Positions 26,063 to 41,226 of a stretch of DNA of 64,000 bases are shown here, piece by piece (position 1 is the first letter of the stretch; each line of letters begins with the position of its first letter). The DNA is taken from NCBI GenBank assembly GCA_038496445.1, contig JALMLS010000627.1:202972-266971 (forward strand), read 5' to 3'. The DNA comes from Trichosphaerium sp. ATCC 40318 (taxonomy: Eukaryota; Protista; Tubulinea). The notes under the pieces were generated by a model that did no database searches, was not told where the DNA came from, and saw nothing but the letters and a program-made list of their open reading frames with translations. Both the position numbers and the translations under genes were made by a program.

Positions 26063-27043
26063 ATGGCGGAAATAGAAGAATCCACAACAAATTCCAAGCA
26101 ACCCGAGTCCCCTCAGCATGACTCGGAGCGAGAAAGGAGCCCAAAGAGCCCGAAGAGCAGGTCCCAATCGCCTGCACGTAGCCCACGTTCTCGTTCTAAG
26201 TCTCCGCGATCTCGTTCAGGTTCACGGTCACGTTACAGACGAAGCGAACGTGGGGAAAAGAGTGAACGTAGGAGATCACCAGCAGGAAGGCGTGGAAGTA
26301 GAGATAAGGTATAGTGGAACTTTTTGTTAATGAAATAAATAACTTATTTATTGACTTTTTAGCCCGAAGCAGCGCCTTGTAGAGTACTGGGAATATTTGG
26401 TCTGCACCAAAAAACAACAAAAGATGATCTAAAGACAGAATTCAGCAAATACGGCGAGATTGAGTCTTGTACTGTCATTATAGACAAAAAAACTGGTCAA
26501 TCAAAACGTTATGGCTTTATATACTTTGAGACAACAGAGGGAGCTGTCAAAGCCCGAGATAAAATGAAGGGTGTGGTATGTGAAATATAAGAAAACACTG
26601 CAACAACGCTAAATGTAGACTACAGGAGTTCCAAGGGCGTGAGATACGTGTTGATTTTTCAACTACTACAAAGCCGCATGAATCTACTCCAGGACGCTAC
26701 ATGGGCAAGGTTACCAGGTCCACTAGATACCCTCCTAGGTATTCTTCAAGGTATCATCCATACCGCGACTATGACTACTACTATCGCCGTTCTCCACCTC
26801 GTTCACCTCCTAGATACCATTACGACTACCGTAGGTATGAGGATGAACGTTATAGACGAAGTTATGACAGGTAAATAGTGAAGATGTCTCTAAGTTTTTA
26901 ACAAATACTTTCTTTTCTAAACCAACTTTTGTAGGTATGAACGTGACCGTTACGAAAGAGAAAGAGATAGATATGAACGTGATCGTTATGCGAGAGATCG
27001 CTACGGAGATCGTTATGAAGATGAACGATACTATAGAAGATGA
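26063..27043 (+). CDS. TRA2: Transformer-2-like SR splicing factor (RS-RRM-RS/RD)
   Basis: N-terminal RS domain; PCRVLGIFGL; RNP1 RYGFIYF; Tra2-type IRVDFSTTTKPHESTPGRYMG; C-terminal RDRYE repeats. Confidence 0.85.
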
Positions 27044-28312
27044 ATAGCCACAAGAGCTGAAGAGAAAAAAATACAATTAGAAATGTGGGTGTACTCAAAT
27101 GTTTGGGTTAGATACAAATGCGCCAAGGACTCAAGAACCAAGCCGTTTGTGAATAAAAGGAAAGAATGAAAAAAAAAAAGAACAAGAAAAGTAGCAATTG
27201 TAGAAAAAACCCTCCCAGGGCTTTCAGAAGCGAACACGTGAACTAAACCAGAAAAAAATCTGAACAGCCATAAGAAAAGTCAGTATTTTGAAACCTACCT
27301 CAAAAATTGAAAAAAAATCTCAAGTTTTGTAGACATGTGTTCTTATTCAAACTCCGTAGCTCACCTGGTAAGAACGCATGTCAGGTGAGCTCCCACACAA
27401 TAGTGACCAAGGTATAACGAGAGTTACCTCTCAATCTCATTATTTAGTCGTACTAGTGCTATGTCTTTCGTGGCGAAATTGTAAATCTATTTTCGCTGTT
27501 CAAGGCTTTGCACTGTTTATATGGCGACGTACGGTCTTTTCAAAGCTTCAGATATAGATGGCATTTATTTAGTATTCGAGGACTTATAATTATGAATGCC
27601 ATACCTTTTATCAGCGCTTCTATTGGCCACGGGGACAACGCCAAATTTTGTCTTATTTTTAGTATTTACCTTATACACGACTCACGTGGTGCGTTAACAA
27701 ATAATGTAACTCCCTCCAATGGTGGATGGTGTATTTTTTTTGCTTTAGGGAGCTTTGGAGTACACAATGGTTAAGTAAGTAATTATCAACATTTTAACCC
27801 TTTTTGCTATTGCGGGCACTTAACAAAGTCGAATATTCGGTTGGTGACAGTGAACTCACGTTAGGTATTGAGCAAGCAAGTGCGTACGTGTACCAAGGCA
27901 CATTTCAAAAGCAAAGAAAAAACAGTGTGCACCAACACCTTACAGACTGCGGCTTTTTTTTTACCAACGTCGAAACTTACGACATGATTACCGTTTATTG
28001 TAAAATACAATGATTTTTTGATGTTAGACACGTGATGCGCAACGAAGACATGTAGTTGAGCTTTGAACAGCGTCATTGGTTGAGGTAATGTTCAATTAAG
28101 AAAAAGTGCTTTGAGCTCTATTCTGATCGTTAGTAGGACGTTGAATACACCTTTGACGAACTTCTTAACAATCTCAGTTCCGTTTAAAAGTGATCTTTTA
28201 TGAAAGTTTTTCTTTCTTAGCCGATTTTGGTACGCAAAAAGTTTTTTGCCATGCAAATTCTTTCTTCGTAACGCGCAACACTCGTAACAACAATAACTGT
28301 ACGCACAAGTGA

Positions 28313-29939
<1,627 letters not shown>

Positions 29940-30290
29940 ACGTGTCACAATAGAAATAAAAGAAAAAACATAAAAAAGTTGACTCTAAACACTTGTTGCA
30001 TGTTACTATTTTTTTACATTGGAATGGCACCCCGTTTCGCGTTTCTCGTCAATATAGCATGGTGATGTCAGTCTAATAATCACGTGTTTTGAACCAAACG
30101 TAAAATGTATCAGATATTAGACATCAAACTATTTTACATTTTTCCGCTAAGTAATGCCACGATCCAGATCAATTAGGCTGTTGTGAAATTCTTGTACGGT
30201 TGTATTTCTTGACTCTGTGGTGACCAAAAAAAAGCTTGAGTTTCCGAAACGGCAGGAACTGGAGCAAAGTTTATAGTAACTGTAAGCGAG

Positions 30291-33207
30291 ATGCACAAAG
30301 GTAAGGTTTTGAGCTACGTCAGTGTGTTAACGGATTAATAAAAGCCAACAACAAAAAACGTGTAAAAAAGAATATTGAGAGCGAGTGTGGCATTAAGCGT
30401 TTGCTACCACCAGAGTACAAGACAGTAGAGTCTGTACAATTCGATAAACGGTACGACATTTTGCGTAATACAAAGATTCGTGTCAATAACTGTTTATACG
30501 CACAAAGATGGCCTTCAGCATTCTTTTCTCTTGTTTGTATGGGCTTGGGTGATGCCCTAGGTTGGCCTTTAGAAACAAAGGATCCAGACGCCATAGTAGC
30601 ATTGTGGCCAACATATAAAGGCTATCCTGAATTTTTAATCCCTAGTGGTGCCGTTTGGTACATGTTTATTTACTCACTTGACCTGACTTCAGTGTTTTCG
30701 AGTTTTTCTCCATTGAGCTTTATTTATGCATAGTTCTTATCCCATAGCATTAAATTAGGTTACGTTAACGTCCCAGTTTAGGTCAGATGACACCCAAATC
30801 GCTCTTAGCTTGATGGGCAAGATACAAACTTTGAAATTGTTGTTTTCTCTAATGTTCTTTCTAGACTCTCTTGTACACCACGATGACATTGAACCAGAGT
30901 AAGCTATCATCTTGTTTATGAATTGTTTAATTGACATGAGAGTTAGTTATATTAAAGGACTATGGCGTCAGCTTGGAACTTTGGAGGTTTTTGAAGAAGC
31001 TGGGCAAAGGTTGCGTATGTTTTTTTACACAGTATTTTTGTTGACACGGTCCTGTCTGTCTTCTTACTTTATTTATAGCAAAGTTCCAAAAAGGAGGGTA
31101 CGTATTTTTGAAATTGATACGTAGGTGACTGATGATGACACGTGATTTTATAGATTCAGAGGTACTGGATCTAATTTTAGAAAAATCGTTGATCAACTTG
31201 ATACAAAACGCTCTGGAGATTGTTATCCAGATGTTGCAAATCCTACGTACGTGAATTAATACCATGTTTCAAAAACGGATGTACATTAATGTGAAGAATG
31301 ACTAGTCAACCAATTTTTTATTCGGTTTGTTTTGTTGTTGCTGTTTAGTACTCACTTTGAGACATGTGAACATTTTATGACTCACTTTTTAATTTTAAAG
31401 AACTGCTGGAAATGGCGCCGCAATGAGAGTTGCACCACTTTCGATATGGGCATGGAAAGGAAAAGACAAAACAATGGTACTGGCTTGTTTTTTTTTGCCA
31501 TGATTTTTAATACCTTTTTTACCAGCAAGAACGTGCAGACATCCTTGGAGACTTGGTGTATCAAGTGAGTATTATTTGAATAAATAAACCAGTAATAGCT
31601 TCCATAGGCGTCAATACTGACACATACGAACCCACTTGGGATAACACCTGCGTTTGCATTGGCATACGCAATATTTCGTATGCTAGGAAGCCCACACGGA
31701 GAAGAGGTTCAAGATCCGATGCCATTCCATAAAGATGGTTTTGTGGAACAACTTAATCAGATTTACATGGAGACGTGGTAAGTGACTGCTCTAACAAATC
31801 CTCCCGTTAGTCGTTTTTTTTAAACGTTCTTTTTAAGTCACTTCGAAAAACGGTTGAAGCAGCATGGGTTTGGTTCAGGTGGAGATATAAACGTATTCTC
31901 CGGAATGTTGGATCAAATAATAAATCATGTAAAGTACGTATATGTTTGTAATGTCCTGTACGTAAGTGATGGAGTTAAAAAAATAGGAAATTTCGAAAAA
32001 AAAATTCTCGGGCAGAAGTATTATTACAGAGTATTGTTGACTCTTGCATACTTCCAATTGGTACAAATAATACATATTTTACTGAGTGAATATACTAATA
32101 AGGTTTCTTCAAAGCTAAACAAAATACAACCACAAATATTTAGTGCGTTTTCATAACTTCCTTTTGTTATTGCTTATTTTTTTTTAGCACACCAAATCAT
32201 TGCTTCTCATTGGCTTCAGTCACCCACTCGCTTGTTGCAGGGCTTTTGCTTAAAGATACGCGATTCTTAGGGTAAGTGTACTTAGAGTTTCTGTCATACT
32301 CAAACGTTTACCAAAGGAGCCTACAGTACATGTACATGTCCGGAGGAGATACAGGTTATTAGCTATTATTTTACAAAGACCTGACATGGTGAACTTAGAT
32401 ACTGTTGGAGCAATGTTTGGCGGACTTGTAGGCGCATATATTGGGCATACAGTACCTTGGACAAAAAGGATAAAACCTTACTATGTCAATCAATTCATAG
32501 AACCAGATGCTATCAAAGCTACCTTTAATGCTTTCATAAAAGTAGTTCTTGATGATGCTGAACCGCCAAAAGCAGGCTCACCAAGGTACATTAAAGTATT
32601 ACATACGCATGATCAATGACTTTACATATAGGTATGTACCATTAGTCCACTTTGTGGCACTAGAAGAGCGTGTCAACAAGGCACTAAGTCGGGAGGATGA
32701 CAACAAACGTATCAATGCTATGATTGTAAGTATCTTGTTTTTTTAAAGTTTAAATATTTCTCCTCACTGCGAACGTATAGCCAACAGACAGAAATGACGT
32801 CGCTTGGTTTCACTTAAAAAAATTCTCTTCTCTTAGGGCATCATTGAGCTCGTTCTTAGCTGAGAAGTCGCTTGAGGAGCTTTTTGATAGGTTTGTCTTT
32901 ATAAAACTGCTGTTTTGTACATTTACTTCTTACTTTTTCTTTAGACAGTCGATCGTAGAGGCTTATTGCAGTTTTCATACAGACGTTGTTACCAAAGATG
33001 ATAAAAAGATAAAACATTTATTGCTAAGCTTGGAAGGCACGTGATTTTTTGAAACGACCAGTCGCTCGAAAAAAAAACATCCGACTTCCGTTGTAACGTA
33101 TTTCTTGTAATGTAACATTGTTTCTTAAAGGGAGCCAAAGGCAACAACTTTTTGAACGTATCTACACAAAAACTATTTGGGATAAAATCACGGAAACTCT
33201 CAAATAA
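30291..33207 (+). CDS. ADP-ribosylglycohydrolase (ARH/DraG family) with C-terminal extension, multi-exon
   Basis: GLGDALGWP, WSDDTQ, TAGNGAAMRVAPL, LTHTNP, GGDTDTVGAMFGGLVGA. Last exon boundary is ambiguous. Confidence 0.85.
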
Positions 33208-33694
33208 TATAGGTTGCTGTTATCACAGGCAAGAGAAATAAAGCCTTTCATGTTTCTAGCGTCGCATCTATGCCTAAGGCATACAACCGCTAGTGCTATT
33301 GGAACTTTTATACGACGTGTTTATTCATTTGTAAAAGTTCTTTTGATAGCTAAACTTGTTTAAAAATATGACTGTCACAGCGATGTGTGGGGTAACTTTC
33401 TTCACTCAATAACGAAAAAATCAAGGAGAACGATATTTGTATTAGCCAACACCAGGAGAAAACACGTGGGCTTATGAGTAGTATTGGAATGGGAAAAAAG
33501 TCTTCCAATTTTATTTCAGTTTATTTACAAAGTTCGAACAAGGAACAGTGAGCAAAAAAATATTAGCGACAATACAGCTCTAAATGATCTTGTCTATTGG
33601 TGTCATTTTGTTTTGGTTATACTTACAGAGTGGGATTTTTTAAAAAGAGTTCACAAAAGTTTTTACATTTTCGCAGTGTTTGAGTTATCCTTAT

Positions 33695-34921
33695 TCAAGC
33701 ATTACCTCGTTGATGTAACTTTACTAGAATGTCTGAGAGGTGCTTTTTTAATCCAGGTGAGTCAAGGGCCAGAGACTTAGAGAAATTGTATTTAATGCCT
33801 CCTTGAATATATCCATAAGCTTTCAAGTCTTCTTTTTGTTGTTGTAGCGCTTCTTTTACGTTTTTCCATACGCGTTCTCGCTCTTTCTGAACAGCGAATT
33901 TCCAAACTCTACCATTTTTATGGTGTCCTTTCATAACAACCCATCTAGAACAGCGTGAATCATTTTACAAATAAAGTATGTTGTTCGCCAGAAAAAGTGG
34001 AAATTTGTGAGTTTTTTTTGCGTTGGTTTTTTGTTCATGAGGTTTTAGCATTCGTGACTATGACGTACCTCTTCATGCTCTTGAGCCTATTGAGTGCGCT
34101 ATTTGTTGTCTTTTTTGATTTATTCTTGTTTGCAAATAGTTGTACAGCGAGCATAAACAACTCATGGTGCCTTAAAAAGATGATTGTCAATATCCGACAA
34201 AAAAAGTGAACACGTGAGAACCTGAACCAGGTTCGGATAAAAAAAAATGCGACGAAAGTGAACTATTAAAAAGTGCACGATTTCCTACGCCAAAGATTGG
34301 AAATAGCGCAGTGTTCCATTAAGGGCAACTGCGACGAGAATACAACCACGTGTTATACAAAAGGTTAAAACGAAAATTTTCGTACTTTACGCAGTATGCT
34401 AGATCTTTCTCAACATCTTTCTCGCACCCAAATCCGCATGCGGATGCTATGACCAGTCCACGTAGTATAGGTCTGGCTGTGTTAACGAATAAATCAGCTC
34501 CGTTGCTATTAACGAGCAATAACTCAATATCGCTACTTTGTGACGCTTGTCCTTTTGCTGTAGAAAGTACTACAGACTGCGCTGATATTCTGTTATCAAG
34601 GGAAGGCTTAGGTGTATCACAGGCGCTTTGTGTTGGTTGTAAAGAAGGATCAAAACGAACACGAACAGGTGCTTGTCTTGATACCGGTCTGAAAGCGCTG
34701 CATCTTCTTGTGTTAACCCTGAAATGTATCTAAAGATTCTTAACACTTGAGGATTTGATCACCAAAAAGCTTGTTATGTTTGGAACTACAGTAGAACTGC
34801 AGTACTGCAATTCTTGTGGTTATTTTTTTGAGTTTTTAATTTTATTTTAAAAGCTTACTGTCGCACACGATCTTTGTAGAGGTTTATGTAGGTTCATCTT
34901 TGTTGGTTGAAGCTTAGGCAT
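33695..34921 (-). CDS. Hypothetical protein, multi-exon orphan
   Basis: A continuous frame can be built with GT-AG introns; low-complexity N-terminus and basic helical C-terminal domain. Confidence 0.5.
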
Positions 34922-37400
34922 GTAATCTGGAAGGTGATCATAAGTTAAAAAACTTTTTAATATTGCTTTAATTTTTTGTTATGAACGTCGTTTCGCTGTT
35001 ATCACGTGCCTGGTTGTATAGGTTGGTTTTTAAGAGTACCGTAGAGAGACATTTAAAAACCTTTTATTTTGTATCAAGGGTCACGTGGGGTAGTCTAATC
35101 GTCGTCGAAAGAATGTTCTTTGAAACTAGTTGAACATACATGATCTTGGTAACTTTTTTTTTAGTTTTAACAAATGTGCCTTATTGCCTTACCACTTTTA
35201 GTTAAAAGTGATCAGACCTTTTATTTGCGCGAAGAATACCTTAATGTAATCTTAATGAGGATCATTATGACGTCGGAGCGAAATTGGCTTCAACTTGCGC
35301 AGAAACCGCTAGTGTTTGCGTCATTGGTATTATATGATGCAATACTATCGGAAGTGTCTTGCGTTCTATTTTACTGCTGTAACTTTTACACATCCTAAAA
35401 GGATTGATCATTCACATGCATTTTATAAGTACGCTAGCTTGCCTAGCGAAGGTCTTATCGGTATTCAGAGCGGGACTTCCGTTGTGCAAAATAATCTCGT
35501 GTGATGATACGGTTTGCTTTTTCTGCGTACCATTTTGTCCCTCTCTTGTAGTATGTCATTGTGTTCAAGAACTCGGTGCGAGAGTAGTGAGATTGTTAAA
35601 CTGGAGCATTATCGGTCAATTATGCCGTTAGTTTTAATTACCAAGGCGAGCACGAATGACGCTAACAAAGCGTAGAAAGCGGAAACAGTTTGGAGAGGAA
35701 AATTCTTCCAAAGTCGAAAATTGCTCCAGTAATTGACGCTATCGGCCCTGAAGGCTTTCTGAACCATCAAAAGAAGTTCCTGTAGCGTTACGTGAACTAA
35801 ATTGGATGATTATATCACGGAACTTCGCTTTTACAGCCCGCAGTAAAACCACAAGCGCACCAAAAACTCAATTTACGTGTATGCAGGGAAATATCTGAAA
35901 ATCGCTTTGCCGACGAAAATTCCGCCTGAAATTACGCCTATACAGTACCTGGTGTACAAGGTGTATAAAACACTAATTAGATATGGAAATGTACTCGCTT
36001 AATAGGTAAACCGAGAAATTCAGCCAGTTATGTGCCGAACACAAGTATTTTGAGTACTTTTTTTTGTAGCTACGCTTTTGTTTATCCACTGCGTTTTTCT
36101 ATTTGTGTTTTATTACTAGCCGTACGGAGTACAGGCAACTCAATTATTTCAGAGCTAAATCGATTTTTTTCTGGCGCATTGACGATTTGTTCCTATTTTA
36201 TTCTTACCCTAATCACGTGCGATCTATATGTGGAGTTTTGTAGCGCGCATTCTTTTTTTTGTGTTCGCAGGTTTGAGGTAAGGCATTAATCGGTATTAAA
36301 AGAGCCGTAGATGTGTACCCTGATGCAGGTTAAACCATTAATGCTGTTTCATCACCTCTACTGTTTCTTGACAATATTGATTAAATCAATTCGATCTTGA
36401 CCATCTATCTTTTTAGATAAAATGGCTTCCGCTAATAAACGCTTGCTGGATAAGCTAAATCAAAGCGCACTTGATCACAAGTCTTATGCTTCACAATGTT
36501 GGTTTTGTGTTGTTGGTTGTACTAACAAAAAGTCTTGTTAGGAAACGGCAGTCCCCAGCCTGTGGTCTTACGATTGTGCTCTGGAGTACTAATATATCAT
36601 GTTCATTTGATACCTACACTCAACTGGTTAATGAATGTTCAGTGCAGAATGCCACCCGTCAACATTTATGTAAGTCGTGAAACATTGCAGTGTAGTTGAC
36701 GCACACGCATCCAACTTCAGTTACTCCCTGTTTGCAATTTCATGTAGTGGGTGCAATCGGGCATAGCACTTGAGAGTGAACAAAAACTATTCTTCCTCAA
36801 ATGTAGCAAATAGTAGTCTGGTAGTAACACAATACTAAATTAACGTTAAGATATAATAGCATCAAGGTCTGAAGGTGTAGTAGCAGCTCAACAACGAATA
36901 GTATTTCAGTGTAGGCAGGTCGAATAAACAACGAAACTGCATTCATTACTAAAAGTTGATAGGACTTGGTGGGTGACTGGACTTGTGTAGATTCGCACGG
37001 AGCCTGGAATATGTCAGGACCGGCTAAAGTATGCACGTGGCGCCCTGTATAATGCATTGAGTAGTAGAAAACGACGAACTTGTGAAATTAGTTGTCGGGT
37101 AACATTATGACTGAGGAGTCGATTTTTGCACTGAACTAAAGTGGCTTTTTTTTTGATATTCTTGAGGTAAAGAAGGCCTTCACTTCTACAAACACCTGAT
37201 ACGACAATGAGGGGATGCATTCCTACTGCTAAATGAGTAGTAAACGCACAGCGAACTTGTCAATACTAAATTATGTGTCAACCAACCGTTTTTTCTGTCG
37301 GTTAAGAGAGACTCATCCTTAAAATCAAGCTCTAAACGTTATACAACGTCGACTATTAATACAAGGCAATAATATACACCTACATATTGCTATAAGCATA

Positions 37401-39172
37401 ATGGCCGCATGTACAAAATGTTTTAAAGTCGTTTTAAACAAAAAAACCAGTCTTAGCCTTATTTTAACGCCAATTAAGCTTACGTTACTCCTAGTGAAGC
37501 TTTCTATGCGATCAAGTGTAAAACTAGGCCCAAGAGGTATATCTATGCCAATGTATGGTTGTACGTACTATAGACACTATATTATGACGTTTAGACGCTG
37601 AATAACTAAAATTCCGGCTTTCCCAACTCAAAAAATTACCCCAAAAGCTTAAAATCGTTCAAACAAGTTCTCTAAGCGAGTGTATGTCTCATTTAATTCG
37701 TAGTCGGTACATACAAACTAAAAGGATCTAAATGCAAAAAAATGGTTACAGCAGCTCTGAAACGTGGGGTTAGACATATAGGCACGTGGGCTATTTTTTT
37801 CGTTTTATTTTAAAGTACTTTGGACGGCCAGATTCTTTGTTTGTTTTGTCTCTTACGCTCTTAACTCTCTTGCTAGATACTGCTAGTTTCTACGATAATG
37901 AAAAATACGTTGGTGAAGCCATTCGTGAGAGTGGTATACCACGTGAAGATATTTTCGTAGTGACAAAACTGTGGCCAGACGATCACGGGTATGTATTCGT
38001 GTTTTGATTTTTTTGGTTATTTTTGTGACATTGACGGCCTTTGTTGTTTAACGAATTTCTCTGATATTTTCTTTTGTTGTCCATGTAGTGTTGAATACGT
38101 TTATTTTATTGGCAGTTTTATTGACAAATTTGATTAGGTTTGCAAAGGCAACGAATGCGTTCTATACGTCCTTGAATAATCTTGGTTTTGATTACATAGA
38201 TTTGTACCTCATTCATTGGCCAGGTGGTGCTCCGTAAGTACTGTGTGATAATTCTCTATACTCTTCTTATTGTATTAGTGCAGATCTACGTAAGGAATCT
38301 TGGCAAGCGCTTGAAAAGCTTCTTACTGAAGGTACTTTGGGTCTTTTATTTAAACGTGTTGTAATACTAGTTAGGAAAATGTAAGGCTATTGGCGTTTCA
38401 AATTATACCATCAAACACCTTAAAGAGTTATTGAATTATTGCAAAATACCACCAGCAGTCAACCAAGTTAGTGTTTTATACACATTGAGTGTTACGCGCT
38501 CAGTAAAATTGATAAAAAACCAAGCAGCCGCGTTGACTTTTTTTAAAACTTATTTATGATTAGGTTGAGTTTCATCCAAAGTTGTATCAGAAGGAGCTAT
38601 TGCATTTTTGCAGTGAGAAGGGTATTGCATTGGGCGCTTATTCAAGTCTGGCTAAGGGAGCTGTACGTTTTAAAAGTGAAGAGGTGAAATAGAAGTTGAC
38701 GCTTGTTTAGTTAATTGGTGATAAAACAATCAATAGCATGGCTAAAAAATATTCGAGAACTCCAGCACAGATATTACTTCGTTGGGCTCTTGAACATGAG
38801 GTAACATAAAGAGCGAGATCTCTCAATTGTATCTTTCAACTATAACAGCTGTCACGTGATACGCTAGTGCAGTACCACTTATTTTGTTGGTTAAATTCCT
38901 CGCAAAAATCCTATTCATATGACTTACTTATTTTTGAAAACAGGTTATCATTATACCAAAGTGTTCCACGGAAGAGCGTTTGGAGGTAAGTAAAAATATA
39001 TTACAAAACAAGAGAAAGAAATTTGATACGAGTAAGTGTAATGCTAATGTCCATAATAATGTAGGAGAATATGAACCTATTTGACTGGGAGTTAACAGCA
39101 GAAGATATGAAAGTCCTTGATGCCATGCACGAGGATTGGCATTGTACTTGGGACCCTTCTCAGATCAAATAA
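37401..39172 (+). CDS. Aldo-keto reductase, multi-exon
   Basis: [60 protein letters not shown]. Confidence 0.95.
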
Positions 39173-39719
39173 TAATCCCTCCCATCAAGTAGCCTTACAG
39201 CGGCCATTTTACCTATGGGTTGATTTTTAAAGTAACGTCTCTTAAACTCTAGCAAAGTGACTTCTTCTTTGTTATTTGTTGATAGAATGGAAGGAATATT
39301 ACCAACATATATTAATAAACGTGTTACAAAGAATCGATTATAGGGCATGGTTTTTAAACCTTACTAAAATTGTTTGTTTGTATCAGGTCATTGTGAGAAG
39401 TTTTACCTCTTGTATTTATAGTTCCCTAACATAGCCTGGCCTTCTGTCCCAGGAACAATCTGTATGTCAACAATCTTGGGTATGGGTTTCAGTATAAAAC
39501 AATCCAACGTGCCATAAACACTCCTAAGATTCTGCAAGATAACCTTTAGTTTTCAATACCTTGCATGCAGCGTTCCTACGTGACCCTGTGACTTATTCTA
39601 CGAGCGAAACTATTTAAGACACATAGTGATCTACTATCACGTGTTGAAGGCAGGCTAAATTAAACTGTTGTAAATGGTCTACACGTGCACGCTATGTTTG
39701 TTTATTAAAGCACATAAAT

Positions 39720-40533
39720 CAGAAAACGGGCTATATAGGCTCCATTGATTACTTTGTTAACTTGATCAGTCACTTTAATTGGTACCTGTAAGACTAATTG
39801 CGTGAACACCAACAAAGTACTCCTCTCCTCTATCACTTACATTGTGAAGTTAAGATTAATCGTTTTCCCAGTCAATACAGTCAGCCCTTCATATGTAACT
39901 TGATGACACTTGTATAAATGAATGGTATGAACACTTACTAAAGCCTTAATACCGTCATCTGTAACCTGTGTTTCATTAAGATTAATAGTGTGTACACCTG
40001 CTAAAGCCTTGATCCCAACATCTGTAACCTTTGTTCGCTGTAAGTTTATCGTATGAACACCAGCTAAAGCCCGAATACCATCATCTGTGATACCTTCACA
40101 TCTTCCTAAACCTATTGTATGAATTCCAGCTAATGCCTTAATGCCTTCATCTGTAATGCCATTACAGCAAGATAGATCAATGTGTTTAAAAGCTTTAAAA
40201 TCAGATGGTTTCAGTGGTGATGTGCCATTTTCATATTCAAATAGGACACCATACGCTCCTTTGAGGTACTTTAAATGTTGACGTTCGATAAAGAATTTAA
40301 TGGATAGAGTGTTTGTCTTGATGAGATGTGGCATTTTTTTGAATAGTTTTTTGAGCTGTTGTTTGGATTTGATCACTCTTCTATTTTTATCCCACGTGCT
40401 GTATTGCGATTTTTAATAATTTTGATGTACGTACTACGTAAGGCATAGATAGAGGCGAAACGAATTGTAAAATAATAACAATAACTTCAACAGGGATATC
40501 ATCAAAGACTGCGCTCTTTGAGTTCGTCGCCAT
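39720..40533 (-). pseudogene. F-box + short-LRR gene (LRR3), disrupted
   Basis: ATG 40533, F-box-like FDDIPVEVIVIILQF. Frame breaks near 40395, near 39842 and near 39778; LRR-like sequence continues past the 39837 stop (VSDRGEEYFVGVHAISLTGT). Confidence 0.75.
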
Positions 40534-41226
40534 TTGTTTTCGATACAATAGAATTGGTATTATGAGTAAATATATAAACCAGAGATGAGCATTAACGTGA
40601 CATTACCTGCGCTGACTCTTTACCGACGTTTTTTGTCTATTTCAACATGATTTATTTCTAAGTTTCTGACCTAGCCAGCAGCAATTAACTGGTAGAAACG
40701 CGATTACATGCAAGGTTAAAGGACACGAAAGATGAGAATACACGCAAGAGACGTGGAGTTGTACAATTACAGCGTATCTAGTTAACAGGTTCAGAGAAAA
40801 CATTTTAACGTTAATTATAGAGAATTCATTAACTGGTGATTAAATATAATCACAGAATAGTAATGTGTGTTGTTGTACGTTGACACTACATTAATTTGAA
40901 ATAGTTGTCACTGTTTTGTATCTCTAATTAATCCTTGGTCTTCAACACCGCCGAAAAATAAAATGTACAATCCAAATTGTTAAACCAAAATTTCAAGGTA
41001 GATAACTATATATCCCTTCGTTTGCAACACACCATTGTACTCGTTGCCTTCTTTTTTTGCCATTGACATAGTGGTATTGCATACACAAAAGATTATTCTT
41101 GTACAATCTTGGTTTCTCCGTGAAGTAATACTGACATTTTATTCACTGATTGGTTTATGTTAAGTTGGTGTTCCTTCGAAACAGCGTAGTTTTATTTTAA
41201 CTTCAGTGCTCTAGTGTTAAAGAAAA

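Noticed and set aside
26930-27040. GA-rich short repeats
   Set aside because: They encode the RDRYE low-complexity tail of Tra2.
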